Shown here in pieces: positions 1 to 12,649 of a DNA stretch of 64,000 nt. Position numbers and translations under genes: made by a program. Below the pieces are notes generated by a model. That model saw only the letters and a list, made by a program, of their open reading frames with translations, did no database searches and had not been told where the DNA came from. The stretch is taken from assembly GCA_030390025.1 (NCBI GenBank), contig CM059433.1:11410001-11474000 (forward strand). Direction: 5' to 3'. Origin of the DNA: Squalus acanthias (lineage: Eukaryota). Numbering within the stretch: position 1 is the first letter of the stretch; each line of letters opens with the position of its first letter.

Positions 1-239
1 TTCATGAATATTTAACATTCAGTAAAAATGTAGAATCTAAAATAGCATTTGAGGGAGGATTTTATCATGCACCACACTATTTACATTAATAACATATCAA
101 TATGGCAACTTACATGAAAGGAATTATGTAAATGCATTTTGAGTGAGTTGTAAGGGAGAGTTACAATCTTGGGAGTTTCATGTGTTGAAAGCTTTAACAG
201 TAGCCAACACCAGCAAAAGAAAATTCATTGGTTGTTCAT

Positions 240-390
240 CTCATTGGTATTGGTGGGACCTTGCGATGTGCAAATTGGCTGTTGTGTTTTCCTACATAAC
301 AACAGCAGGTACTTAAAGTAAATTAATTGGCTGTGAAGCGCTCGGAGACATCCTGAGGATGTGAATGGTGCTACATAAATGCAAGTGATT
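240..390 (+). mobile_element. Degenerate 3' part of SacSINE1-like DeuSINE
   Basis: Matches the 3' tail of the intact copy at 30271-30710 (gtgcaaattggctg...ctgtgaagcg...taaatgcaagt). Confidence 0.7.
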
Positions 391-483
391 TCTTAGGCCT
401 TTGCACCGAAATAACAAACATGTTATGCTATATAATAAGATAGGGGCTATTCAGGTTATTTAATAGCGACTTTCAATTATACG

Positions 484-652
484 GGTACAGTAGCCTAGTG
501 GCTATGGTGCTAGACGTACAACCAGCACTCCTGAATTCAAATCCGACCTCGGCAAATTGGGAAATAAATCTGGCAATTTCTGAGTTGGCCCCGATAAAAT
601 AACCATGAAAGCTGTTAGATTTTTGCGAAACCCCAATAATTTCAATAATGTC
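484..652 (+). mobile_element. Degenerate 5' part of tRNA-derived SINE (family B)
   Basis: gtagcctagtggctatg head and gaattcaaatcc B-box-like motif; similar to the SINE at 22928-23261. Confidence 0.5.
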
Positions 653-673
653 CTGCAAGTGTCAGCTGTGACT

Positions 674-1357
674 CATAGAAACATAGAAACATAGAAAAAT
701 AGGAGCAGGAGTAGGCCATTCGGCCCTTCGAGCCTGCTCCGCCATTCAATATGATCATGGCTGATCCTCTATCTCAATACCATATTCCCGCTCTCTCCCC
801 ATACCCCTTGACGCCTTTTGTGTCTAGAAATCTATCTATCTCCTTCTTAAATATATTCAGTGACTTGGCCTCCACAGCCTTCTGTGGTAGAGAATTCCAC
901 AGGTTCACCACCCTCTGAGTGAAGAAATTTCTCCTCATCTCAGTCCTAAATGTCCTACCCCGTATCCTGAGACTGTGACCCCTCGTTCTAGACCCCCCAG
1001 CCGGGGGAAACGTCCTCCCTGCATCCAGTCTGTCTAGTCCTGTCAGAATTTTATACGTTTCAATGAGATCCCCTCTCATTCTTCTAAACTTTAGTGAATA
1101 CAGGCCTAGTCGACCCAATCTCTCCTCATACAACAGTCCTGCCATCCCAGGAATCAGTCTGGTGAACCTTCGCTGCACTCCCTCTATGGCAAGTATATCC
1201 TTTCTTAGGTAAGGAGACCAAAACTGCACACAGTACTCCAGGTGTGGTCTCACCAAGGCCCTGTATAACTGTAGTAAGACATCCTTGACCCTGTACTCAA
1301 ATCCTCTTGCAATGAAGGCCAACATACCATTTGCCTTCCTAACTGCTTGCTGCACCT
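674..1357 (-). mobile_element. 5'-truncated CR1 LINE (ORF2 C-terminus + 3'UTR)
   Basis: Translation QVQQAVRKANG...LVRPHLEYCVQFWSPY...RNFFTQRVVNLWNSLP is near-identical to 60434-61543; (TTTCTATG)n tail at 674-695. Confidence 0.95.
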
Positions 1358-1659
1358 GTGGACATATTGAAGCAGAGTCCAGTAGTGGAAGCAGTTGTGC
1401 AATGGGCATCGGTGTTGTTGTCTTTCGGGATGGCAATACCTCTGTACCCTTGTGCGCCTCTTTAACCTGCAGGTTATCTTGCAACAGGCAACACAAGTCG
1501 CTCACTGCCTCCCTGCAGAAGTGTAACCTCATCAGTTATTGCTCTTCAGTTAAGCCAAATAATGATTGGCGCAGCCTGTATACATGATCGGGAGGGTAAG
1601 GCCATCTGCGATCAATCCACATCACACTCCCCGTTTCCCTTTCCCTACTCCTCCTCTAA

Positions 1660-2075
1660 AGAAAGAAAAGAATGAAAGAACCTGGATTTATATGGCACAT
1701 TTCACGACCTCGGGACATCCCAAAGCGCTTTACAGCTAGCGAATTCCTTTTGATGTGTCGTCGTCGTTGCAATGTAAGAAATGCAACAGCCAAATTAGTG
1801 CACAGCAAGGTCCCACAAACAGCAATGAAATCATGACCAGATAATCTGTTTTAGTGATGTTGGTTGAGGGATAAATATTGGTCAGGACACCAGGGAGAAC
1901 TCCCCTGAATTTCTTCGAAATAGTGCCTTGGGATCATTTACGTCCACCCAAGAGGTCAGACAGGGCCTCGGTTTAATGTTTCATTCAAAAGCCGGCACCT
2001 CCGACAACACTCCCTCAGTACTGCTCTGGAGTGTCGGCCTGGATTTCTTGCTGAAGTCTCTGGAGTGGGCTCCAA
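1660..2075 (-). mobile_element. SacSINE1-like DeuSINE
   Basis: Reverse complement of the Deu core and tail seen at 18350-18800 and 30271-30710. Confidence 0.85.
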
Positions 2076-3068
2076 CTGTAAGCCCAAGATAGTGGAATTC
2101 TTAGAAGGGTCAGCCATTGTCGAAAGAGTAATTTGGTTATAAGAATGGGCTCCCAAAAAAATCACTGCTGCAAACTCCTTTCAGGCACAGATACCTAGAC
2201 CAATCTGTAAAACGCTGCAGGAAGTCAAAAAACTGAAGGGCTACGCTACCTCCCATTAGCTTGTCGGGCCCTTTAAAGCAGTTTCCCATTTGAATCTGCT
2301 ACAACACTTGAACGAATGCCCATGATTCAAGGATGGAATCAGGAAGTGGAGCAATGGGGGGGGGGGCTGTTAACGATACAAAATGGTGTTGATGACGTAA
2401 ATAACAGCCTCCTTTGCACGTATTCATGAGGCTACCACCTGCGTCAGACGGGAGATTCCACCATCCACCGCAAAGGCAATCGGAGACTTGGACAAGCCCG
2501 GGAAGTGTCAGAAATCGACATTACCGAGCTCCACCAAGTACTAAAGTCCACTGTGCTGTCAAGGTTTCCTCACCATGCAACAATATTATAGTGTTTCACT
2601 AAAGTGCCTTGAAGATAAGGGAGTATTTGTGCAGAACTTTACCTCAGAAGATTAGCTATCCAGGGTAGCCAATAATATGATGGTTTCTACCCGCTCTGTG
2701 GAACAAGTGTGCTTGATGGGCTGAATATCTTTTTATTGTTCCAGGCTGTTCATCTGCGACGGTCTGCTCAGGGTCTACAGCTACCTTAACATCTTTTATG
2801 AAACTTTGAACTCTAGGTGGATTAGTGGGAAAGCAAGGGTAATCTGGCCACAAAGGAAAGGCTATAGAAGCAGTAAAAATTGGCAAGTTCACTTTAAAAA
2901 AAAATCTTAAATTTTCTTCTCCGATGAGTGATGCAACCTGGTTGGTGTGTGCATACCTTGGACATGACAGTATGCAAATGTGAATCCTAATTACATAGTA
3001 CTCATTAACCACGGCATTCTAAAAGTCATTAACAGCTATTGTTCCCACATCTGCCACTCATTAATATG

Positions 3069-3217
3069 GGGGTTTAATTTCCTCTAGTACTACACTGTTT
3101 AACACATTTGCGCAAAATTCCTTTGTGCTTTAGTTTAATGCAGTCATTAAGCTGTTTGAAAAACGGATTTTATGTGAATGTTTTTAAGCAGTGCACAGCC
3201 CGAGAAAATTAAACCCC
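3069..3217. mobile_element. Small palindromic MITE (Harbinger-type termini)
   Basis: TIRs GGGGTTTAATTT / AAATTAAACCCC; imperfect internal hairpin. Confidence 0.55.
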
Positions 3218-3850
3218 AGAGTGTAAGTTTTAAACTGGGGAATCACGGGAGTAATTGCTTCCACAGGTGCTTATTCTACGAGCAATCACTTGTAACTAAG
3301 CAAAAATATCATTTTAAAATGCAGAATCTCCACCACAATCTAGCTGCCACTTCCTTCGCTCCTTCTCACCGTATCGGATTCTGGGTCAAAAGGTCAAAAA
3401 CAAACCATTGCAAGTGCAAATCCAAACCTAAATATTAAAGGAACAGGGCACAGCTCACAAAAAAGTCACGCTCGGGGGAAAGGACTTAACATACAGTGCA
3501 CTTATGGCTAGATGTGTTCCACGTGCTTACTTATTTATGTAGGAAATGTATTCTTTCTAAAATATCGTATTCTAATAGCTCTTTCATAAAGCCATGGATG
3601 GTATCCATCTGCTGCATTAAAGAGTCAAGAGGATTTGCTCCAATGATGCAGTCAAGGGGATCCCCATGGCGTGCATCTGCTGCTTAACGTGCTGTCACTG
3701 TTGATTGGCAGTCCTGTTGTATTATAAGTTGTTGCCATGTGCTTTGTCCATATATATTATATTTTTATCAAGACCAGGATTTAGAGCGTAAGATAACCAA
3801 CTCTCAACTGAGTATTTTAAGTTTTACACTTTCTTAGTCTATTAGTTTTT

Positions 3851-4170
3851 CGTCTTTCAGATGAGACGTTAAACTGAGGCCCCGTCTGCTCTCTCAGGTG
3901 GACGTAAAAGATCCCATGGCACTATTCCGAAGAAGAGCAGGGGAGTTATCCCCAGTGTCCTGGCCAATACTTATCCCTCAACCAACATATCAAAAACAGA
4001 TTATCTGGTCATTATCACATTACTGTTTGTGGGAGCTTGCTGTGCGCAATTTGTCTGGCGCGTTTCCCACATTACAACAGTGACTTCAAAAGTACTTCAT
4101 TGACTGTAATGCGCTTTGAGACGCCGGTGGTCGTGAAAGGCACTATATAAATGCAAGTCTTTCTTTTCTT
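3851..4170 (+). mobile_element. 5'-truncated SacSINE1-like DeuSINE
   Basis: Deu core cgtctttcagatgagacgttaaactgaggccccgtctgctctctcaggtggacgtaaaagatccc plus the shared tail. Confidence 0.9.
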
Positions 4171-4236
4171 TCTTTGGTTGGTGGAGAATTCCTTTGCTGG
4201 GATTATTCCACTGGCAAACAGATCCCCTCTATTTTA

Positions 4237-4702
4237 CGATAGCAAAATACTGCAGATGCTGGAAATCCGAAATAACAACAGAAAGCGCTGGAAAAACTCA
4301 GCAGGCGAGGCAGCATCCGTGGAGAGAGAAACAGAGTCAACGTTTCAGGTCGAAGACCTTTTGTCAGAACTGGAAATAGCAGGAAATGGAATAGATTTAA
4401 GGCAAGGATAAAGCTGGGAAAAGGGGGAGGGGATGAAAGAACAAAAGGAGAGATTAAGAGCCATTAAGAGATATTCAAGGCAAGAGGTGGTGTTAATGTG
4501 ACAGGTTAAGGCTGAAAGAAGTGTGAAATCCACTGGCAGAATGAAGGACAGCTGCCAGCTTCTAGGAGGGAAAAAAAAGGGGGGGGAGCAAACAAAAGGG
4601 TGGATGAACATTTTTTATTATATTTTATTTTTTCATCCACTCATTCTCTCTCCACGGATGCTGCCTCGCCTGCTGAGTTTTTCCAGCGTTTTCTGTTGCT
4701 AT
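4237..4702 (-). mobile_element. Penelope-like element, family A, with partial inverted terminal repeat
   Basis: 14-bp TSD TCCCCTCTATTTTA (4223-4236, 4703-4716); terminal repeat at 4241-4376 partly inverted at 4645-4702; hammerhead core mutated (CUGACAA). Confidence 0.85.
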
Positions 4703-6231
4703 TCCCCTCTATTTTAGTTGGTTGACACGTCTTAAGTCTCGAAAGAACCTGAAGAATGGTGCAGTTTCTTACAAACAGCAACTTCTCCATTACTACTTGT
4801 TTCTTGCTCGGCTGTGTAACAGCACCTTACCTTGTACGAAAGACGGAGCCAGATTATGTTGGAAAGCTTTCATTGACAAACTGTTATTTTAAAATGATAG
4901 AGTGACCTCACTTCTTGTACCCATGTAGCTGACTTAAGCTCAACAATTGATAGGAGTGCAATCGTAGACTGGAAAGCTGCACGCCATATATAGTTTAAAA
5001 AAATTCTAGCAAAGTGTTATTAAATTGCTGATGTGCAATTAAGTATCAGCCAATGGGATGGGTTGGAAGGCACACCTGCAAAGAAACCCACCCAACGTTT
5101 CTACGTTCATTTAAATGAAAGGATTATCAGGTGGGTTCCTTTACAGGTGTGCGCTCTGGGTCACCCAATTTTCCGATAGGCAATCCATTGCACCCAGGCA
5201 CAGACCCAGGAAAATCTCCCTAAATTAATGTTGGCTTGACGGTTTGTGCACCTTCATTGAACTTGCAAACCCCGAAGAATGCTGTTGGGTTTAAAATGCT
5301 TCGCAATATCAAATTTTATTGGTTCTGGTAACAAGGGATGATTGAACCATATTTAACAACTTGACGCTCGGTTCAACCTGAATGGACACCAGCCCGTGAT
5401 ATGGCTCAAAGCCAGGTGTGATTCATTGAAACCGATGAGCCAAAGGTTGCATTAAATGTGAAATCTTGGCTCAGCGGCATATTTCACTTTAATCTGGCAC
5501 GAGTTTGGACTTCCTGACAGAGGAAATTTTCCTTTTTCTATTTTCGAAGAAAAAAAATGCCTACAGCTTGTGAATTCATTGTACAGTTTTGTTACAAGGT
5601 GCACGTATGAGAGTGCATAGAGGCTGAAAGAGTGAACAGGTCAAAAAGGTCATTGATTGCAGCACGAGACCAACTTAAATGTGATTAACTAAAATTAAGA
5701 AGTATAACGAGGTTCATGCAAACCCTGTGCGAGGCCTCCGAAATGTTAGAAGATTCTCACTCACTGAATCCAGCACCTCACGAATCGGGTGCTTAGGCCT
5801 GCTTACCCGATTAACCAACGCGCCCCCCCGCCCCCCGGAATGTGATTGTACAGTCAATACGTTATCATTGAATCGGCCTTAGTGAGCCATGAATCTAAGG
5901 CCTGAATTTTTATCTTGGAGACGCGCTGGCAGCGGGAGGGCCGTGGTTTGCGTCAGGAACCCGGAGGTTGGAGAGGCGCATTTTGCAGTGGCTTTTTAAC
6001 GAGGCCACTGCCATTGAATCAGACTTCTGGGTTTCTCGACCGATTAACGGGAGCAGGAGTGATGAAGTCGAGGATGACTCAACTTCAGCTGAGGTGTTTA
6101 AAGGAGCAATGCACAGATGACAGTTGAGGGTTGGTGGAGGTGGAAGCGAGGTTGTTGAAGTAGAGAGTGCATTGTGGAAATACTGAGTTGGTTGTTTGGA
6201 AAAAATTTGATATTGTTCTATACTAAAAAAA

Positions 6232-8248
6232 ATGCAGGCTCAATGACAGAAAGCTGCCCTGAGATTCAGTGATGCCTTCCTGGAAATCTTACTCCAAGGA
6301 GTCAGGGCCCGCAGGGACATCCTGTTCCCTGCTGGTGAGAGGAAGAGCCCAGCTGCCCAGACCAAGAAGGCATGACTGGCGATCTCTGACGAAGTGAGCA
6401 GAAGGAGTGTTGTAGGCAGGAACTGTGTCCAGTGCAAAAGGCGTTTAATGACCTCATGACAAGGCGAGTACAATGCCACATTGTCCTACATCCTGATGTG
6501 CGAGTCACCCCAACCCCGTCACTCTGCCTTCCCAAGCCAACTCCTGCACATCACTCCTCACACCAACCTACCTTGCAGGTGCACCCATCCCTCTCTGTCT
6601 ATGTACTTTCTCACATCCCCATCTGACCATCTACCGCTGACACTCACCGTCATCTTAATGCAATCATAAAATCATAGAAATTAACGCCACAGAAGGAGGC
6701 CATTCGGCAATGTCACGCCTCTCCCTCATAATCACCCTCTACAGATGTTTTCCATCCATCCCTTACACTCATTCCATGGCTCTCACTCAAAGGTCTCTTG
6801 TTTCCCTCCTTGCAGGAGAAGAGAGCACAGAACACCTGGGAGAGGCAGCGAACCAGAGGTGGCCCTCCAGTGATGAAACCGTTGACTGCGGAAGAGGAGG
6901 CGGCGCTGGAGCTGCTGGTGGTCGAGATGGAGAGAGGGGGAACTCCCAGCTACCTGGTGACAGAATTAAATATCGCGCAGCCATAGGACATATCACAGTC
7001 ACTCATGTTGACTTGATGTCAGCAGTCAGTGAAATATGATCACGTGCATAATGGTAACTTAAAACATTCTTAAAATAACAGTTCTAATTCATGTCTTTAC
7101 TCTCCCACAGGCCCATCAAGTGTCCCCCCGCCCCCTCTGTCCAGCCAGAGGAGGAAGATGACTCCTCAGAGGAGGTCATTAACTCTGAGGATGCACCGTC
7201 ACACGACCCATGCACACCAAGCACCAGCGCAGATACACACACATCGGTGGATCCACTAAGTCAGAAAGTAGTGTTGTCACCTGGTGTCTCAAACATCACA
7301 TGTGAGCAGGAGCAGATGGTGGAGACAGGGACAGCAGTGGAGAGTCCTCGCCGGAGGGCGCAGGACACTCCAAGCAGTGCACAGCTGGACGAAGATGCTG
7401 AACCTCGGGGACCGTCAACAAAGCGGATGATTCTGGAGGAGCAACAAAAAATGCCAGAAGCTCAGGCAGGATTTCCAGCCGCAATGTGCTCGCTTGCAGG
7501 GAGAATGGAGGAGTCCATCTCCAGCATGACTGCCATGATGTCGCAGGCCATGGCTATGTTGTGTTTGTCCATGGAAAGGGAGGCCACCTGCATGGAGCAT
7601 CAAACGCAGCATTCAAACGAGTGCATGCTTGCTCTGCCCAACATCTTGCGCACTTTGAATGCAACCTTATCTAGGATGGTTGGAAACCTAGTCTTGGCCG
7701 TTCATCGCCCCACTGATGTGCAGCAAAGTGCTCTCCAGCTCCTTGCTAGCAGGGAAGTGCGGGTGGGCCGTGAGAGGGATGATGGTGGGAGGGGACATGG
7801 AAGTGGGGACTCTGCTCAAAGCGCTTCCACTTCTCCCTCGTTGCCCCCCCTTCAATCAGAGCCCCACATCCTGCCTCGTGTCCCGATGGCCGAGTCTGCC
7901 CCTGCACAGGTGCAGGAGGAAAAGTCTTTGCCGGGGCCCTCACAGACTCCAAAACCCAGAGGACGTCGGCCAAAAGTATCTAAGCAGTCAGAGCAGGGAA
8001 TTGAGCAGCTTGCCTCTACCTCTGCTGAAGCCACAGGGGTTGCACAGTGTAGGAGTGTCAGGAAGAGGAAGATTAAAGAATTCGGGATGCACAAGGGTAT
8101 GCACATGGGTGTGTTACAAAATGTTAGATTGTTAAGTTTCTGTTTACTTTTTGAGCCAGGTAAAATTATTTCTTTGCACCACTTTCCTGTCTTGTCTATT
8201 TTTGGCTGCTGCCTGGCAAGTGACCTTGTCAGTTGGAGCGAATGGTAA
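6232..8248 (+). pseudogene. Harbinger Myb/SANT-like DNA-binding protein gene, 3 exons, disrupted
   Basis: Exon 1 ~6232-6463 (RFSDAFLEILLQGVRARRDILFP...QCKRR/FNDL, with stops and a frameshift); exon 2 6816-6956 after ttgcag (EKRAQNTWERQRTRGGPP..LTAEEEAALEL); exon 3 from 7111 after cccacag (acidic, low-complexity). Confidence 0.82.
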
Positions 8249-8341
8249 AACATTACTTAACTTCACGCAATGGGTGTGTGTGACAGGAATGGTTTGGTCA
8301 TTTTAGGACTGCTTTATGGTGTGGGGGAGGGAAAAGTTGGT

Positions 8342-8545
8342 TCAGCATCTGGGTGCCATGTGGGTGCACTGGCGCAACCTACCTAAATCGTGCCAGGCCT
8401 CCCAGACAATAATGTGCGCCGCTGCTGGTGCCATGTCCACTTCAGGTTCCTCCTCCTTGTGTTCCTCCTGTTCCTCCTCCTCCTCCAAAGAGGCTCGGTG
8501 CTCTGCGCCTTGCTCCTCCAGCAGCTCCAATCCTCGCGCGCGCTG
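8342..8545 (-). pseudogene. Probable C-terminal remnant of Harbinger transposase
   Basis: RGLELLEEQGAE...EEEEEQEE...WEAWHDL acidic tail convergent with the Myb gene; catalytic DDE region absent. Confidence 0.5.
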
Positions 8546-8694
8546 CCTAACACGCCCCAAGTTCAAGGCGGAAGCCAGCGGCTTGAAGCCGGCGTCCCGA
8601 AGTGCCGTAAATTTTGGCGCTTTTAACTGCCCATCCGCTCGCAAACCCACACACTCTTTAACATTCAAATTCAGCCCTAAATGTTTATTCGCAC

Positions 8695-8905
8695 TGACGT
8701 AAGAAAACTACTAGGCACTTGGTCTAAGCGTTAAACAAAGCTTTAATCAACTGTTTTTCAACATGGAGATCTAGTTGTGTCCTTCACTAGTTCCTGTTGA
8801 GGAATGTCCTAAGCAAGCTGGGTCCATGCCCGAGTATTTATACTCTCCCTGGACAGCGCCACCAGCAGGCCGCCCAGTATTACTTCATCCATGAATGACA
8901 TGTCA
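8695..8905 (-). mobile_element. Solo LTR (211 bp)
   Basis: Ends TGACGT...ATGTCA; 5-bp TSD CGCAC/TGCAC; on the minus strand TATAAAT is followed by ATTAAA. Confidence 0.7.
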
Positions 8906-9716
8906 TGCACCGTTGATCACTTTCAAAATTTTGGTCTTCATGCCTTCACAAACTTACTTTTAATTTCTTCTTAAGAGGATTTTCGGAAATGCACAGAGTA
9001 TTGTTTGGAGTGAGATGAGAAGCAGCTTGTGCTAAAAAAAACCCAGTCAATATTAAAGTGAATTAAAGGTCAGTAAAGCTGACATAAATGTTGCAGCCCG
9101 TGCACATTCTGTCTGTGTCACACTTCAGCAGAGTTGTTCGCCTTACCTTCCGTTTTTTGTTCAACAGCAACAACTCACAGCTAAAGAGGTTGGGGACACA
9201 CCAATTGAATATGAGGAAATACCATGGACGTGTGAAAACAACAAATAGAGCGCGCAAGCTGTCAACAAATGTAGAAATTAAAAAGAAGCCTACTTCCAGC
9301 CCTCCCAATTAATGCTGCAACAACAGAAGCCCAGCAGCGGAATATCCAGACTTACATGAGCGCCCCTCCCCCCCCCAAGGCTGCACGGCGTGCATCTTTG
9401 TGACCACCCCCCCTCCCCCCGCAGAGACAATATCTTGCCTAACCTCGCACTACACAGTAACTAAAGACATTTATGTCGTCCTCTTGCTTGTCGTTATCAA
9501 GGATAAAAACCAACCCGAAAAAGGAGAAAATTGTAACTGAATCAAAAAAGTAAAAAAAAATCCATTTTTATTGATTTGCGCAGCTGAGAAGACTGCCAGA
9601 ATGAGAAAAACATTTGTCGAATTTGTCAAAACATTTTGTCTAGAAGAAGGAAACTGGAGACAAGATAAAGGAAAGGAGTAATTTATTACAGTGATTAGAG
9701 TCAGTGAAAAAAACAG

Positions 9717-10085
9717 CTCGAGGAACAGCACCTCATCTTTCGATTAGGCACTTTACAGCCTTCTGGACTCAACATTGAGTTCAACAATTTCAGGCTGTAT
9801 GATTTTGCCATCGCCATTTGCAACATTTTATCTTTCCCGCCTCTTACCTTAGCACAGAATATCCCTTCAATTCCTTCCTCCCCTCCCACCCTTCCCCCTC
9901 TCCCTGCCTCTGCACCTGCTTAAAATCTGTTGCATCTCCAGTTTTTTCCAGTTCTGATGAAGGGTTTTCGACCTGAAACGTTAACTCTGTTTCTCTCTCC
10001 ACGGATGCTGCCTGGCCTGCTGACGGTTTCCAGCATTTTCTGTTGTTATTTCAGATTTCCAGCATCCGCAGTATTTTGCTATTGT
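9717..10085 (+). mobile_element. Penelope-like element family A, 3' fragment
   Basis: Encodes LEEQHLIFRLGTLQPSGLNIEFNNF (end of a PLE GIY-YIG domain), then a pyrimidine-rich UTR and terminal repeat. Confidence 0.85.
9950..9986 (+). ncRNA. Minimal type I hammerhead ribozyme motif (family A)
   Basis: AGUU-CUGAUGA-A-GGGUU(UUC)GACCU-GAAA-CGU-U-AACU. Confidence 0.75.
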
Positions 10086-10458
10086 ATTGTGTGAGCTATT
10101 GTAATGAAACTGATTGAGGCTGAATCGGTGCAATAGAAGTGATCAATAAGGGAAGGATTACACATATCTCTAATGGCTTCTAACACAAACTAATAACAAC
10201 CAAACACATTCTAGTAAATGCAACAGCTTCAGGGCTGAATGATGACTGAAGTAAATGCACATTGAAGTCGCCCATAAGTAAACTTTAATATTTGGAGTTA
10301 TGACAGGCTGCATTATTCAACGAGGAAAGACTGAAACCACCTGGGGGAAGGTTTTGTCTGGGCACTAGATATTAGTAACATTGTAAAGATAGTGGGAAAA
10401 AAACCCTCTGTTCACTGCTTTTACAGAAACCATAAAACGATTCTATTTGTGAAAGGAG

Positions 10459-10608
10459 GGAGTAAATTTTCATTTTCATCTCATGAGTGGTAATTTGCCA
10501 GAGCAAATCGCCCGCCCGTTGTAAAGCTGCCTGATTTTCATTTCAGTGTGTGGGTGGGCGATCTGCTCCACCAGATTATCTCCCACTGGTGAAGACGAAA
10601 ATCTACCC
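10459..10608. mobile_element. Small palindromic MITE
   Basis: GGAGTAAATTTTC / GAAAATCTACCC termini; internal inverted symmetry (atcgcccgccc / gggtgggcgat). Confidence 0.55.
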
Positions 10609-11009
10609 TAACATCTGGGTATTTGTGCAAGAAAATTCAAAGTTGCAAGTCTCACTGGGTGCCGACGAATCTTCCTAAACAGCCAGGGATCACTAACACT
10701 TACTCCCCCCTCCCCCTGCTATACCACCAGACAAAATAGATCTATTTTCATGGTTGCTAGTTTTCAGGGACCAGTTGTCCCCTTCCTCACCCCCAACCAT
10801 ACACACACAATTCTGCCAACCTGCCAATGCCTCTTGGGAAGCCTGACACACACTTTACTATTTGAGTCAAGAAATTGGATGCCTCTCTGCTGGAATCACT
10901 TAATTTAAATAAGTAGCATCTTTTATATTTGGTTTAGTGTCCATAGCTAAGTCGACCACTACTTGCCTCCCACTATCAACAAAATCTAGAGAAACATAAA
11001 GAGCTACTT

Positions 11010-11600
11010 AAATACATCAAAGTTACTACACAGACACAGGCCACTCGGCCCAACCAGTCTGTGTCGGCCTTTACCCTCAATGCAAGCATACCCCTTTATC
11101 CCCTTTACCTGCAGCCACCTGTCCACTCTAATCTTGAATGTTGACGTTGTTTCTGCCTCAACCATTAATTCTGGAAGTGAATTCCACAGTCTGACGACTC
11201 TCTGTGTAAAGAAATTTCTCTTGCTTTCTGTTCTAAATCTCTTGTGTTCATGACACCTCATTCTTCACCCCTCAACTACTGAAAACAATTTGTCTCTATC
11301 TTCTCTGTCCCATCCTTTCATAATTTTAAACACTCTGTGATGTCAAATCGCCCTGTAATTTGCATTGTTCTGATGAAAAAAGCTCCAGTTTTTCCAAGTC
11401 TTTCTTTGTATTTGCATTTCCTCATACCAGGGAGCATCCCAGTGAATCTGCATTGTACCCTAAAGCCTGAGTATCTTTCTTATAGTGTGGAGCCCAATAC
11501 TGCACACAGTACTCCAACTGAGATCTTATTAACATTTTACACAGGCTCATCATTATCTCTTGACTTTTATATTCTCTACCTTTCTGTACTGCCATTTATT
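11010..11600 (-). mobile_element. Old CR1 3' fragment
   Basis: ORF track RNFFTQRVVRLWNSLP...KGIKGY. Confidence 0.8.
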
Positions 11601-12174
11601 GCCAGGTCATTGAAAAGTACCTCTTGAAAGATAATTTGGAAGAAAAACTGCAGAAAAAATTGTTTCGGTTCAGCTTAAAAAGTGATACTTGACATTCTAG
11701 GAAGAGAGAGGGCCGGGTTGATGCAGAAGTTTCAAAGTGAGAATATACAATTGTGCTGGCATAGTGTAACTGAGGCTAAGATTGAAACATTCAATAGCTC
11801 AAACGTAGTGATTAAACACCATCACAACTCAAAACAGGCACGTAAGTTCGATCAGCATGTTGAACAAAGACCATGTATTGATTATGTGGCATCTTTTCTT
11901 TCCACAGAGAGCTAAGAACCTATGGAGGAGGAAGCCAGTTCCTTGGGCCTACAGTCCACGTCACAGAAGTTTATATTGCCTACCTGACTTACTCTCAGCT
12001 TCAGCTCACAGATACCAACCTCGGACGGTTCTGGTGATTTACAGGATGCATCACAAGACACGACACAGCATAGGTGAGGATGGAGCAGAGCTGGTGGCTG
12101 GTGAGGGTGCTGAGGTACAGTCTGCTGACTCAGCTTGTTGAAGCTCTTCAGCAGGCTTTACTTGTGATTTTAAT

Positions 12175-12360
12175 GGTCGCTGGGTCAAAATCCTGGAACT
12201 CCCTCCCTAACAGCACTGTGGGAGTGCCTTCACCACGCGGACTGCAGCGGTTCAAGAAGGCGGCTCACCACCACCACCTTCTCAAGGGCAATTCGGGATG
12301 GGCAATAAATGCTGGCCTTGCCAGTGACGCCCACATCCCAGGAACGAATAAAAAAAATAA
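12175..12360 (+). mobile_element. 3' tail of the LINE family at 44127-45170
   Basis: SWNSLPNSTVGVPSPRGLQRFKKAAHHH plus cccacatccca...aataaaaaaa tail. Confidence 0.8.
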
Positions 12361-12649
12361 TGTGGTTTGTGCAAAGAGGGGAGGAGAGCACAATGAGTTA
12401 GCATTCTCTCTTTTCACCTTTGCAGTTAGGATTCAAATACAGCTGAGATGACATGAAAAGAGGGGTGAAAGTAGATTATCAGGCCCATCAATGCACCATA
12501 TCCCTAGATGGTGCCACCTTATCCTTATAAAGTGTGAATAATGTTAACTCCTGGCGGAAAAAATAAGCAGAGAAAAAAAGCCAGACATGCTAAATTGTAA
12601 AATTTCGCCTTATATAACTTGAATATAATGTTTTTAGTTTTGTACTTTA

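Larger units (their letters stand above)
5899..8677 (+). mobile_element. Internally deleted PIF/Harbinger DNA transposon
   Basis: TIRs GGCCTGAATTT / AAATTCAGCCC; TAA TSD (5896-5898, 8678-8680); Myb/SANT gene on +, probable transposase 3' remnant on -. Confidence 0.88.

Noticed and set aside
774..1532. 252-aa ORF as a novel fusion gene
   Set aside because: About 58 codons of flanking DNA happen to be in frame with a truncated CR1 ORF2; no promoter or splice evidence.
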